Shown here: in pieces, positions 13,223-26,916 of the stretch
Layout: every line of letters starts with the position of its first letter
How positions within the stretch are numbered: the first letter of the stretch is position 1
Assembly: GCF_009914755.1 (NCBI RefSeq)
Contig: NC_060937.1
Reading direction: 5' to 3' (one strand)
DNA: 64,000 nucleotides
Source of the DNA: the human T2T-CHM13v2.0 reference genome, Homo sapiens
Notes under the pieces: generated by a model
What the model was told of the DNA's origin: nothing
The model's database searches: none
What the model saw: only the letters and a program-made list of their open reading frames with translations
Made by a program: the position numbers and the translations under genes

Positions 13223-13775
13223 TGTGGGGTGTTTTAATAGTACCCAGGATTTGTTTTAACCAGGTATGGTAAAACATGCAGACACAGAAATGACTGTCAT
13301 AAAGGAAGTTTATTATACTCAAGAGTCCCCTAGAAACCGGAGGTACAGCATGGCATGCCATGCAGGGGGCACACAGGGAAGCAGCAGGATCAGGCAGGAG
13401 GCAGGGGGAACAAGAAGAAATGTGGGCAAGAGCCTTACGGTGGTTTCCATGGGAAGGAATGAGCAAAGCAGGGTAAGCAGGTTCAGAATTGGTTAGTTTG
13501 CATCATTTTAGCAGGCTCTGCGGTACAGGGCTGTCTCTAGTTGTCTGCTACGTGGCCCTGGGGTGATTAGGGAAGGAGAATAGTGCTCCAGAGTATGAGT
13601 CTGATAAGGGAGCTGGTGGGGTGTGGGCTCTTTGTTGGTTTGCATATGGAGAGGCGCTTGCAGGTGAGTCCCTTACGTCTGCAGGCATTGGCTAACCCTG
13701 GGAGGGGCAGTCCGTCCAGGCCAGCAAGGTCCCAAGAGGTCAAAACATCAGAATATAGAGAATAAAATTCATGGT
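13223..13775 (-). mobile_element. ERVL-class solo LTR, MER74-like
   Basis: TGTGGGGTG start, AAGGAAGTTTATTATACTCA (antisense AATAAA), GGTTTCCATGGGAAGGAATGAGC and TTGGCTAACCCTGGGAGGGGCAG blocks; about 550 bp. Confidence 0.65.
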
Positions 13776-14106
13776 GGATGTATGGGGATTTTTGGAAAAT
13801 GGTCAACTAATGAATTAAGCCTATGTACACATGGGGTATTCAGCCAAATGTGCAGTAGTGCCTAGTTCGGGCTCTGACACATGGTATTCAGTAAACATTA
13901 ATTAAATCTGAGTTGTGGTGCCAGATGGTCCAACCATGCTAACACTCAGTTCTTGAGATATTGTAGTCAGGTGTGCAGTGTTTATCTTGAGAAAAAGAAA
14001 AAAGTGAGAAACCTACACTACATAAAGGATCCCCAGATGAAGGATGAACCCCACTCAGGACAAAAAAGGCAAAACACTTGACTCTTTTAAAACATTAGGG
14101 AACTCT

Positions 14107-14604
<498 letters not shown>

Positions 14605-15869
14605 TTAAGCAAATACATTTTTAGCTATAAGGTCTTAAAATGTACAAGATGATTATATGTCTAGGGTAATTCCTTATCCACTGTGGATTTGGAATACCAA
14701 CAAAAATAAGTAAACATGAAGGCCACATGCATCTTTTTAAAAGGGTGTTTCTCAGAGTAAATATTGGAGTTGCAAAGTGAATTGTGTGTTGCAAATTTTG
14801 TGCTCAGGAGTAGGCTTCTAAATGGAAGTTACTCAAAATAGCATGAAACATACTTTTCTTCTTGACTACATGTCAGTATTAATCAAATGATCAGATGATA
14901 CATACACACATACGAAGTAATGATACTGGAGAGAATTACATGAAGGTAATTAACAAAATATGTGTTAGTGGCAAGCTTAGTCACAGAACATTTAAAATGT
15001 ACCTGTATTAACTCTGATGGACATGGGTTTAGACTCAAGCACTACTTATCACGATGAATGGCAGGAGTGCATGAAGGTGGGAGTGTTAGGGCTCACTGCT
15101 AAGTAAATTGAATGACCTATTGCTATGGTCAGCCTCATGACTTTTCTTTATGTGGTTGGTTAATGATTATAGCAACTTTAAAGTCCTGTGACTTAGAATC
15201 TTGACCATGCACGTTAAGAAATATTAATGGAAGCATAAGCAAGAGGTCAATCTAATAATCTAAGAAGAGTAATTCCTTCACGGCAGAAACTCTGAGATTG
15301 CCCTCTCCTTACAGCTGCTTTCACCTTGTAACTTTTCGCACATCTCCTTTGCATTGTGTAGGAGCTTATCCACGTTGATGGAAATTGTATTAATGTATTG
15401 CTGGAGCACAGCTGCTCTCCCATTGTGTTTCCAAACTGACATCATAACTCTTTAATTAAAGTGGCAGTGTTAGCCTCAAATGGCTGGCAAAACATTTCTG
15501 CCTGGCTAATGGTGTTGAACTGGGTTTGAGGTTGGTCAGGACAATCATTGGCTTTATCCATCCCAGTGAAGCATGTCTCTTAAGACAAATTTTTCAATCC
15601 AGGCTTTCATGTCTTTTAACCTCCAATTCCATACACAAATAAGGCCCGTATACATGTGGAGTATTTAGTCAAATGAGATCTATGCAGAAATACTCTCAGG
15701 CCCTTGCTTTCCTGGAGCCTTTCGTTTATGTTGATACTTATAAGTGAAAGCGCATAATGGTGAGGCTGGTGGGTAGAGGGGGCAGGTGAAGAGCCTTGCT
15801 GGAGCCGTTCTAAGTTTGTGCATTCTATCTTAGCTTTAACCTTCATGCATTTGAATTGCACTCATTTGG

Positions 15870-15970
15870 GGATAGGGGTGGGAAGAGGCATTCCCTCCTT
15901 ATCTTTTTAGCCCTAGAGCCTAGCATTGTGCCTGCAAGTGGTAGGAGCTTAATGTATATTGGTTGAATTT
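15870..15970 (+). mobile_element. L2 3' end fragment
   Basis: CCCTAGAGCCTAGCATTGTGCCTGCAAGTGGTAGGAGCTTAATGTATATTGGTTGAAT. Confidence 0.55.
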
Positions 15971-17312
15971 TAAAATGTTAGTTGATTGGTTGACACAGAA
16001 ATTCCCAGCCTTCTTTGGCTTAAGGATTCCTATAAATTATGAATAAAAGTCCTTACAAAATACTCTATAATCTGATAGTTAAATGATCTAGAAGGAAGAA
16101 TCAAGAATATAAAAACTGCTTTTTTAATGAATAGAAGCCATGAAGTTAAACTGGCCTTAACAAATTAAAATATCAATTACAAGTGACTGTTACTAAAATT
16201 CTATGATATTGGACTGAAAACTAGACAGATTAAAATAAATAGAAATTCCATATTTAGATTATTTAGTGAACTTAATTTAAAACATACAAATGAACAATAG
16301 AGCTTTGAAGAAAAGATCAATTATTTAATGAAGTTTGCAAGACCAATAGAATAGCAGTTCTAAGAAGTAAAAACAGTAAGAAAGAGAATAATATACTTTT
16401 TGTCATAACCAAATAGTCCAATAAATTTCAGATAGGCCTTAGTGTTAAATGTTGGTGTGAGGGGGCAGGGAGGTGGGGAAAGAAGGGAAACAAAGTAATG
16501 TATTTATCCCAGATGTGAAAGCAGTTAATATTTTTTTCTGAATATTTATGACATCTTACAAAAGACAGATGCATTGGAATGAAGAAAACTGAAAAGCATG
16601 TAAATAATGAAATGTAGTAAAATAATTCTAAAAGGGAAAGTGACAAAAATGATAAAAACATGGCTGATGAGAACTGTGGAAGATACGTAAGGAATTGAGA
16701 TGAATATGGGATATATGGCATGAGTTCTCAGAATCTGGTTCATGGTGGTTGAGGGAGGTGAGCAGACATTTGGGACCTGGAAATACAAATGGAAGATCCA
16801 GAGCACAAAACATACACATTTATTGCCACCTCTTTAAGATGTATCTTGTGCTTTGACAAAAATCAGATGTGATTTGAAAAGTTGAAATTCTGTGTCCACT
16901 GACTCTTTTTTTTTCATTTGTTGAACTAGTAAAACAAAAATAACAATAACAATCCTTGAACCACTACTAAAGAAGGTAAATTGTAGGGACTTTATTTAGA
17001 ACCCACTGAGACAGAATTAAATATCAGGATTTTCTTATTTTACATTGATGCCTTTCCAGACAGTAGAAATAAATTCAACAGAAGTCTTTAGTCTGGTCAC
17101 TCAGAGACAATGGTAGCACATTAGACAGTGTCTCTACCTTAGTTGTATCTCTTGAAAACACACTTATCCAAAACATTATTAAGGTTTTGAAATTCAGTCT
17201 CAATCCCTAAGAAATGTTCACTTCAGCATTGTTTTTCTTACTTCTGTGAGAGCTGGAGGTTAAAACTCTGTGAATAGTGCATGGAAATGAAGAATGACTT
17301 TTCTGTCTATCA

Positions 17313-17630
<318 letters not shown>

Positions 17631-17809
17631 GTATCAAAATAGGGGCTAAGAAGTCCCTGGAGTCATAGCTATATTATATTGCATATGATTTTAGAATGGA
17701 AAGATCTTCAGCTCCCGCTCATCTGGACTTGCTTTCCCTCATCCACAGAATGAGGAGAGAATCAATGACTGTTGAAGACTGTATGGTTGGGATCACCCCT
17801 GGGGGCTTT

Positions 17810-17975
17810 ACCTTCTCTCGTTATATCATTTCATCCCCACAGTAGTCCCCCACGTGGTACACCCCATTATTGTCTTTATTTCACAGATTAGCAAACTGAA
17901 GAACAGAGAGGTGAGGTATTTTTCCCAAAGTCACCCTAATAGTCAGTGAAGAAGCTAGGAGAACCCAGAGTGTCT
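17810..17975 (-). mobile_element. MIR SINE
   Basis: ATTTCACAGATTAGCAAACTGAAGAACAGAGAGGTGAGGTATTTTTCCCAAAGTCAC core. Confidence 0.7.
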
Positions 17976-20900
17976 TCAGAATTATGTATTTAAGCACTTG
18001 ATATGTGCTTACAAACTCATTTTTGAGTTAAACTCTTCCATTCAGTGAAAAAGAAGTTAATGATGAGCTGTTATGAAAGCAAGCTTCTATGTTGTTTTCA
18101 TAACTGGATGTTTCTATGTGCTTATGTAGGTGTACATTATATGCCCATGGCATGTGCTTCACATCCCTCTACCTTTGCTTCCTTGTCCGTAAAATAGGTC
18201 TATTCATTTCTACTGGACAGGTTTGTTCTGAATTTGCAAGATAATCTGTGTAAGGCATCTAGTGCATTAAAGTTACAGTTGTTATTGTTGCTTTGGGAAA
18301 TTAATGTAACAATCTAGTGAAAGTCACAGGCATTTTTATCTCTAGATTTAGCCCAGCCATGTCCATTACTATGATACCAACCCCACCCTAGCCGCTCAAC
18401 ATCACACATTCACAGGAGCTTCCTTACTGACCCTCACAAGTCCAGTCTACAACCCTGTCTTCTCCATGAGGACCTGTGTTTTGTTCCTTACATGAAGTGG
18501 CTAGACGAATGGGAAGCAGAAGTGGAAAAGGAAGCACTTCCAAAGGAAAGAGGCAGAGCACAGAGTGGCCTTATTCTCTGAAGAAAGTTGCACCCACTCA
18601 GCAGAACAGCAGAATTAAATCCGCCAAAAGTAGAATACAAGGAAAGTTTCCAGTCAACACTCTGGTGCCAAGATTGGGGAACTATCATCTTTATTTGCTG
18701 TCCTTTGAGTCTTGGATGTATTATCTTATCAAATAAGAAGAAAACCATAGGCAACCTCTAGTTTACTATTCATGCACTGACAAAATAGAGTGTATGTAAT
18801 TACAGGCTCCATAAGATCTTAAGTAGTTAGCAGATCTTAAACATTCTTGCAAATATACTGTAGGCAGTGAAGCCTACATTGTGTCCTCCTGATCTTTCCT
18901 TAAGAGATCCTGGGGCAGCCACTAAGAGCTTTAGAAGTCCAAATTGCTCTTTTATTCTCAGAGGTCCAGCACTACAGGTGTGTGACACCTGATTAACACA
19001 TTTTAAAATATACTAAATGCATTTTTTTGTATGAATACCTTTTTAAAATATATTTTTACTATTCAAGCAATGTGTTCAGTGTATAAAAATGTAAAGATTT
19101 AGGTAAGCAAATAGAAGAAAATGGAAACGATCCACAATCCTACCTCCTAAATATAATCACTATTTGCGTTTTATTTCTTCCCAGGTGTCTTTTTTCACCT
19201 GTAACATTGTTTACAAAAACTGAATTATTTAATATACAGTTTTATAAGCTGCTTTCTTCACATAGGACAACTTATCCCAACTATCTTTCCATAATAGTAA
19301 ATCATTATACTGATTTTTACATAGATTAAAGGCATCAGACCTTGGTTCTTGTGTTTTGGGATACTGGAAGACCCCCTACTCAGTCCCTAGGCTAAGGACT
19401 TTTTCTGTCTCTACATAAGGCATACTCCTTGCCTCATGGAGTTGTCAAATTGCTGAAGCTTGGGTCTACCTGCTAAGAGGGAGCTCTATATCTGGACTCT
19501 TACATCTGCCCGGTAGTCTTGTCATCATGAGCCTCCCACTATTTTCATGATCTAAAAGGGGTCTCCGAGTTATCCTGGTGGTTCTGACATGGAAGTGCAA
19601 ATGACCTTTTTTTTTGCCTTGCATCTTCTGAGAGATGAATGTCAGGAGACACACAACCCTGCTAACTGGCCTCTTAAAACCAAGCCCATCTGCCAATAAA
19701 AACTGCCATTCAAAATGCTGATACCCTCTTCATCCTGTAATTGCCATTTCTACAGCTGGCTCTCAATTGTTGCTTCTCTTGGGAGCCAACATGCCAAACC
19801 TAATTTCACAGATAATAACCAAACTTCATGATAGTTCAAATCTCCTCCCCATCAATCTTTTAACTGGATCTGCTCACAAATGAACTGGTTCAGGTTTTTT
19901 CCTTCTTTTATTTCCCCGATCAGGCCCTGATTCAGAGCCTAATGAACAATGAGGTAGCCAAAATTTGGTTGCCAGAGGGACAGGCAGACCAGTGTGTCTT
20001 GAGTATGTCAGTCTGAAACCACCATACTGAACTGTGTGTGATGAGTATGAAGCAAGGTGTTGTATACCAATGGAATCAGACACTATTCCTTCTTGGTTCT
20101 TTATTCAAATATTTTACCCAAAACACATATTTTGCTACCAAGGTTCTCCAAAAGCCCATCAAAGCTCTTCAAACATGTTTCAACTAATTGATGTTCTTTT
20201 TCTTTTTATACTACCTTGACCTGTTCTTTCCTCAGTCTGCTTCCATCTTATCCCCAACTTCCTGCAAAAAAAGAAAACAAAAAAAGCAAAAAATATATAC
20301 ATATGTGTAATGTGTGTATTATGTATAATTATATATTACAATGTGTGTATAGTATATGTATACACATTTAAAAACCAAAGTTGTCATTCTCTAGCCTCAA
20401 ATGTTTTCATTCTCTTACCTTCCCCACTGTGGAGCACTGAGCCTTGAGCCCATTAGTCGCCACCTATATCTGTGGCAGTCAAGCCTCCTTTCCACCCCGG
20501 CCAGCGAGGAGCTGCTGCTTCACCTCTTTAGCCCTCTCTCTACCAGTTTCTTCCTCCCCCAACATAAAGTCTCAGTTGCCAGATCCAATCTTCTTTCAGT
20601 GCTTCAATTTCTGTTCTCCCCCTTTCTTTACTTTTGTACTATGTCTTTTTTATTTCCCTGATATTTTTGTCCTCTCGGTGAGACCATAGGATGTATCTGA
20701 AAGAACAAACCTTAAGATCATGGTATTTTCTGTGACCATCACACTGTTAAAGTTTTCTAAAATAGCACTGTTTTTCCTTAAAGGAAGTCATTCTGTGCTT
20801 TTCAAGGCCCTCATGGAGCTAATTGGGTTGTAACTATAAGAAAGGGTTACTGCCCTCTGGTTACATCACAGATGCATCATAGAAGGGCCATTTTGATTTA

Positions 20901-21559
20901 GGCATTGCAAAGCACTCATTTCTGACCACGTTTTCTCTGTCTTTGCTTTATAAGTGGTTTATTCCTCAGAGGTAGCGGTGATTCAGGCCCCGGAGGACCG
21001 CTCCAGCCTATTTGAATAAACTATCAATAACATTAAAAGCCTTCGCAGACACTGATGTTTGCCAGCACTTACAGGCTAGTGCAAATTGGATGAGTGCCTT
21101 GTTGGTGTTTTCAGTTCCTCCTCAGTGTTTGTTAAACAGTTGAAGTATTTGTCAGAAATGTCAATTGGACACAAATGCATTATAATATGCACTTTTAATT
21201 TTTTTTTTTTTTACTAAAACTGTGGAACTTGATTTCTTGTTGGATTATGTCCTTAGCACTGGAAAGGAACACTGGAAGTGTTGAAAAGAAATTATATGTG
21301 AATTACCCTCGTTTAGTAGAAGACAGTCGAAGCTGGCACAGCCTCCTGAGCTTTCAGCCAGGATTGAGTGCCGAAGACTGTTGATTAGCAGGCAGAAAGA
21401 GCAGGAGCCCAGAATCTGTGCCCTCCTCCTGTCTTCCACCCAACAAAGTGTCCCAGGCCCACTGACCCAGCAAGGGAGCGACGCCAGCTGGACCCTGGAC
21501 TAGAAAACAAGAAACACAATTCAAAGCCAACAAGAGCCTGGGGAAAATGACCACAGTAC

Positions 21560-21790
21560 CATTGATTTTATCTGGGTCCTGGTTTAGATTCAGGACATCA
21601 GTGATTTCTCCCTTGAAATCTTTGTAAAAAATATGCCTATTTTTTTTACATGTGTGTGTGCTTTTTTCTTTTCGTTTCTCTACTTTCCCTTCCTCCCTCC
21701 CATCCTCCTTTTCTTTCTTCTGAAGACAGTCCGTATCTTTCATCAGATTCTCAAAGGAATCCATGAGTAACAAGTGTTTAAGAACCACAA
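21560..21790. mobile_element. hAT-Charlie MITE (Charlie4z-like)
   Basis: CTTTCATCAGATTCTCAAAGGAATCCATGA..TTAAGAACCAC terminus, matching a recalled Charlie MITE consensus. Confidence 0.55.
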
Positions 21791-24007
21791 TTCTAGATTT
21801 TCTCCTCTTTAGCCTCTTTGCTGACTATGACTCAAGTTGCTCCTGGAAAGATGGAAATTTCAGGCGATGTCCCCAACTCCAAAGTTTAGATACCATGGGA
21901 AATAAAACATTTTAAACCCAAACTTTTTCATGTCCGTAGCACCCAGTGAATCTTAGAAACCATAAAATTAGAGGGAGGCTGCTATGGTGAGGCCAAACAG
22001 CACGGACAGTGATTCTGCCCACTCCCAGCATGGTCTGAAGGCTGTAGGATGACACCAAATTGCCTAACAAATGGTTGAACTGGGCTGCCATCTAACTTTT
22101 GTGAACAGATCTTTATTATTTTGTCTCCAGTGGGCATATATGCCCACAACTTTGGCTATAATTCTGAACAGCCATAGGTCCAAATACACCTTCTTTGTTC
22201 TGAAATTCTAAAATACACCCAACAAACACAGTCATTCAAAAAATATATGTTCTTTCAGATCGTAAGTGCAGTGAGAATTGATGACATTTATTTTGTTTTT
22301 CACTCAGAATATAAGTTCCTCAAGAGCATTGATATTGGTCTGTGGAAAGAATGGATGCTTGAAGGACATAGAGTATCTCCTTTGTAAAAATGACTGGTCT
22401 GAAATAATGTAAATCAAAAGGAAATCAAGTGGTAATTAAGTCCGGTTCCATATGCAGTTAGGTTTTGAGAGCTTAAGGACTGTCCTTTATCACATCACAT
22501 GCTGTCCATGATGAATTGACCCAATAGACATACAGGGAAAAGAAATATATAAAATTTTTACTTTTGAAAGTTTTGTATTAGTCTTAATACAGTATTAGAG
22601 TGAAAGCTCAACCTAATTTTGGAAGGCAGAGTGTAAGTGAGTTTATTTTACACCATCTGTTTTGTTGGCTAAATTTCCTTCTGCCAAGCTTTGGACCTAT
22701 CAGTTCTGCTGATGAGTTTTATCTGTGAACTTGAGTAAAGTTTCTGAATTTTTGTAGATGGATTTACTTATTTTTAAAACTTCGCAAGGTGGTCTCTATT
22801 TTACTTGAACACACGTTAAATAAGAGGGTATGCTTCACTGAAAGGAATGTCTTCATTGAGGATTAACCAACCAATGCCAAAGAAAGTGATGAATGACGGA
22901 TGTTAATTTAATTATCCTGCAGATGATCCTGAACCATTACTGCTTAAGTGCCAAACAGATTCTTCTGTTTACAAATAGAGCACTTTCTTTGGCATTAGCA
23001 ATAGCTTAGTGCATTGTTTGTAGGGTTTATGCTTCCTTTTCTTAAGAAAAAAAAAAGACATAACCACGTCTTTTTTAGTCTGCCATGTACCACTTCACAA
23101 GTACAACAAAGCCTCATTTATCCACTGTTGTAGGGGAACGAATATGTTCCCAATAGGTTAGTTTTTCAGATTGCTTAAGCTCTCACTTTGTTGGTAATCT
23201 TTCTAAAATGAAGACACACTCCTCTGTCTTCTGAAGCAGAGAGGGCTGCCAGGAACTTTCTCTTTTCTGGATGGTTTGGGCCATCTGTGTGAACATGGTG
23301 ATGTGCCCTCCAGGGCTGTAAACCTATGTATGTGGAACCATTTGTCCATTAACCTAAGTTACCCCAGATGCGTATGCTTGCTTTCTTATTCTCTCCAATT
23401 TTTGTGAAACTTTTAACTCCACAAATTGTCACAGTTACTTTTCATACCTGCCACAATATCGTTTAATATACAGCTATTTCCTGTAGTTACTTGGGTGGCT
23501 CCACACCTCTCTTATGCTATAAAGAGCACTTTAAGAATGCTACACTTTTATTAATAATAAAGGAGTTAATATTGACATTTAATTTAGGACAATGACACTT
23601 ACTGGTTTTAATTCCTTTTAAAATGGGCTTAGGCTAAAAAATAGCTTCTGGTCCATTACAATGAAATTGGTAAATTTCTAAAATATACCTTACAATTTTT
23701 AGGTTTGAACCCTTTAGCAACTATGTGTGCAAAGTCCATTATACAACTCTACTTGAAGTCAGTCTATTAATTGTACTTTGTTAAAAATCTCAGCTTGATG
23801 TATATTGTATATTGTAAATAACATGAGCGACAAAATAATGCAATTAACAAGAGCCTAAAGGGAAATAAAATGGGAGTTTTGAAGAGCTCACATCACTCCA
23901 AATGTAAATATAACTTTTCAGTCACTAGAGAGAGATTTAGGTACATTTAGAGTTATACGTCTCCCAGATATAAGGACCTGGCTATGTACTAAAGACTTAA
24001 AGACGTG

Positions 24008-24008
<1 letters not shown>

Positions 24009-24050
<42 letters not shown>
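24009..24050 (+). repeat. (TG)21 microsatellite
   Basis: Perfect dinucleotide run. Confidence 0.98.
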
Positions 24051-24053
<3 letters not shown>

Positions 24054-24770
24054 ACAGAAATAATCTTTCTTGGTACATGCTTAGCAATCTGAAAAAAATT
24101 TTTTCATGGAACGGAGACAATATCTCCATTTTTTATTCCATCTTTTACAATATTTATTTGGGCATTGCAAGCAGATCCATTTTTGCCTGTGACAAACACC
24201 TATAGTTTTCTTGTTCAAAACTTCTATATAGCTGTGGTGACAGTGGCTATAAATAGCTTATTAGGAGCCATTTGATTAGGTGAACACGTGTTTCGGTTTT
24301 GTAGAAAAGTCTGGTTACTACAGCAGCTTCCTCTTTTGTCCTAGAGCAGCATTTAATTTTTTTTCTTTTTTCAGTGCCAGACTAGAATTATTAGTAGCCT
24401 TTTTGGCATTTTTTTTTTCCTCTATGAATGCCAGTCATCTGGAGCTATGGCAGTTGTTCAACAAAACTGATTCTTCTGCAGGTTTAACCAGGTGATTTAG
24501 GGCCTCAAGCCATTCTAGACCGAAATCTTTATTTGCTTTTCTCTACTAGCCAAGTTCACAAGATAATTAGAAATCATCCCATTCCTTTTTGGGTTTGCTC
24601 ACAGAGCATTATTTTTGTTTTCCTATTTAACTATCATTCCATTTGATTATATATTATCCAATAGTTTATAAGTTCATTTTCCCTGGTGTTTATCAGAATA
24701 ACACTTCTACACACCTCCCTCACTTCATGAGGAAGAATCCCTGGGGATGACTGTGTAAAAATCTCTGCCC

Positions 24771-25398
24771 GAGAAACGCAAATCAAAACCACAATGAGAA
24801 ACTATCTCCCACCAGTTAGAATGGCGATCATTAAAAACTCAGGAAACAACAGGTGCTGGAGAGGATATGGAGAAATAGGAACACTTTTACACTGTTGGTG
24901 GGAGTGTAAACTAGTTCAACCATTGTGGAAGACAGTGTGGCAATTCCTCAAGGATCTAGAACTAGAAATACTATTTTACCCAGCGATCCCATTACTGGGT
25001 ATATACCCAAAGGATTATAAATCATGCTACTATAAAGACACATGCACATGTATGTTTATTGCGGCACTATTCACAATAGCAAAGACTTGGAACCAACCCA
25101 GATGTCCATAAATGGTAGACTGGATTAAGAAAATGTGGCACATATACACCATGGAATACTATGCAGCCATAAAAAAGGATGAGTTAATGTTCTTTGTAGG
25201 GACATGGATGAAGCTGGAAACCATCATTCTGAGCAAACTGTCACAAGGACGGAAAACCAAACACCGCATGTTCTCACTCATAGGTGGGAATTGAACAGTG
25301 AGAACACATGGACACAGGGCAGGGAACATCACACAGTGGGGCCTGTTGTGGGGGGTGGGGGGCTTGGGGAGGGATAGCATTAGGAGAAATAAAAAAAA
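24771..25398 (+). mobile_element. 5'-truncated L1PA: ORF2 C-terminus plus shortened 3' UTR
   Basis: ORFs 24794..25111 and 25112..25294 match L1 ORF2 ([36 protein letters not shown]); G-rich 3' UTR tract. Confidence 0.96.
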
Positions 25399-25689
25399 TA
25401 TATATCTGCCCAATTAGACCTGACTTTAATAGTGGGTGAGGATAGGCAGACCCTCCACATGGTGGCCACCAGTATGAGCACTTGGTTTGAGGCTGACGTG
25501 GAAGGCAGTTGAGCAGTATGGGTGTGGTGCTGTAGACAAACCCAGGCTTGTTTCTGATTGCCCATCCTTCTCTTAAATGTATGGCCCCTACATTGATGAG
25601 GTCAGGTGCACAGCAGTAAAGAAGGAATAAATCACACTGCTGAGCAGTAGAACCAGGGTCGGACAAGTCCAGACCTTTGCTTCTATGCT

Positions 25690-25870
25690 TGATCACTAAT
25701 CTCAATCCCAGCACTTGACCCGGACCTGACACATAGTAGGTGCTTTGTTTTCTCATCTATAAAATGGAGATTATAATGCCTACTTCAAGGTTTGTTGAAA
25801 GGGGAAAATAAGAGAGTAGGTAAACTGCCCAGAGCTGTGCCTAACACATAGTAGGCCCTTGTTATAAAAA
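25690..25870 (+). mobile_element. MIR SINE
   Basis: TTTTCTCATCTATAAAATGGAGATTATAATGCCTACTTC..GTGCCTAACACATAGTAGG. Confidence 0.7.
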
Positions 25871-25897
25871 TAACTAATTTAGTTATCTCTTATCTGA

Positions 25898-26250
<353 letters not shown>

Positions 26251-26873
26251 CTGAGGCTTTATTATCTTTAAATTGTCTCTGAACTCTCTCATGAATGCTT
26301 GGAAGTGCCTTGGGTCTGAGTGTTTTAAAACAATTGTCATTCAGAAAAAGTTGAAAGCAAAAACATAGATCCCAAGGATACAGCAGTTCAATCCGCTACA
26401 GTTTGTTCTGGAGTAAAAACTCTTCTTACATATCACTCCATATGCAGAGACGTTCATTTAAACGTCTGAATGAAAATGTCTCTAACACATTGGAGAAGCC
26501 AGCTTCCCTGGTGAACTCATTGCCAAGCCACAGCTTCCTTTGGAAGGGCAGGCCTCTTCTTTTTGGGGGCTGAGTAGAAAACCATGAGGCTCTGGGTTTG
26601 AAAGTGAGTGCCACTTAGCTGATCCAGGTGGAGCTTGGGGAATTTAGATAAGCCGTTCAGATGAAGTGAAAAATCAATAGGTCAGCAAGAGCTATACCCA
26701 GAGCAAGAGTGACGTGAATGCTCTGCCATCATTATTGTTAGCCAGGGAAAAGCAGTTAGAGAGCACCACTCTGTCTGCTCTACTGATGGGTATGATAATT
26801 TCATCATGTGTGGTTTTAGATTATACTGTCTTAATGAGATCTGCAGCGAGGGGGAATTGAACCGCAGAGAATG

Positions 26874-26877
<4 letters not shown>

Positions 26878-26914
<37 letters not shown>
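26878..26914 (+). repeat. (TG)n microsatellite
   Basis: About 18 perfect units. Confidence 0.97.

Positions 26915-26916
<2 letters not shown>

Noticed and set aside
24794-25294. ORFs with genuine protein similarity
   Set aside because: Broken C-terminal fragment of L1 ORF2 in a truncated element
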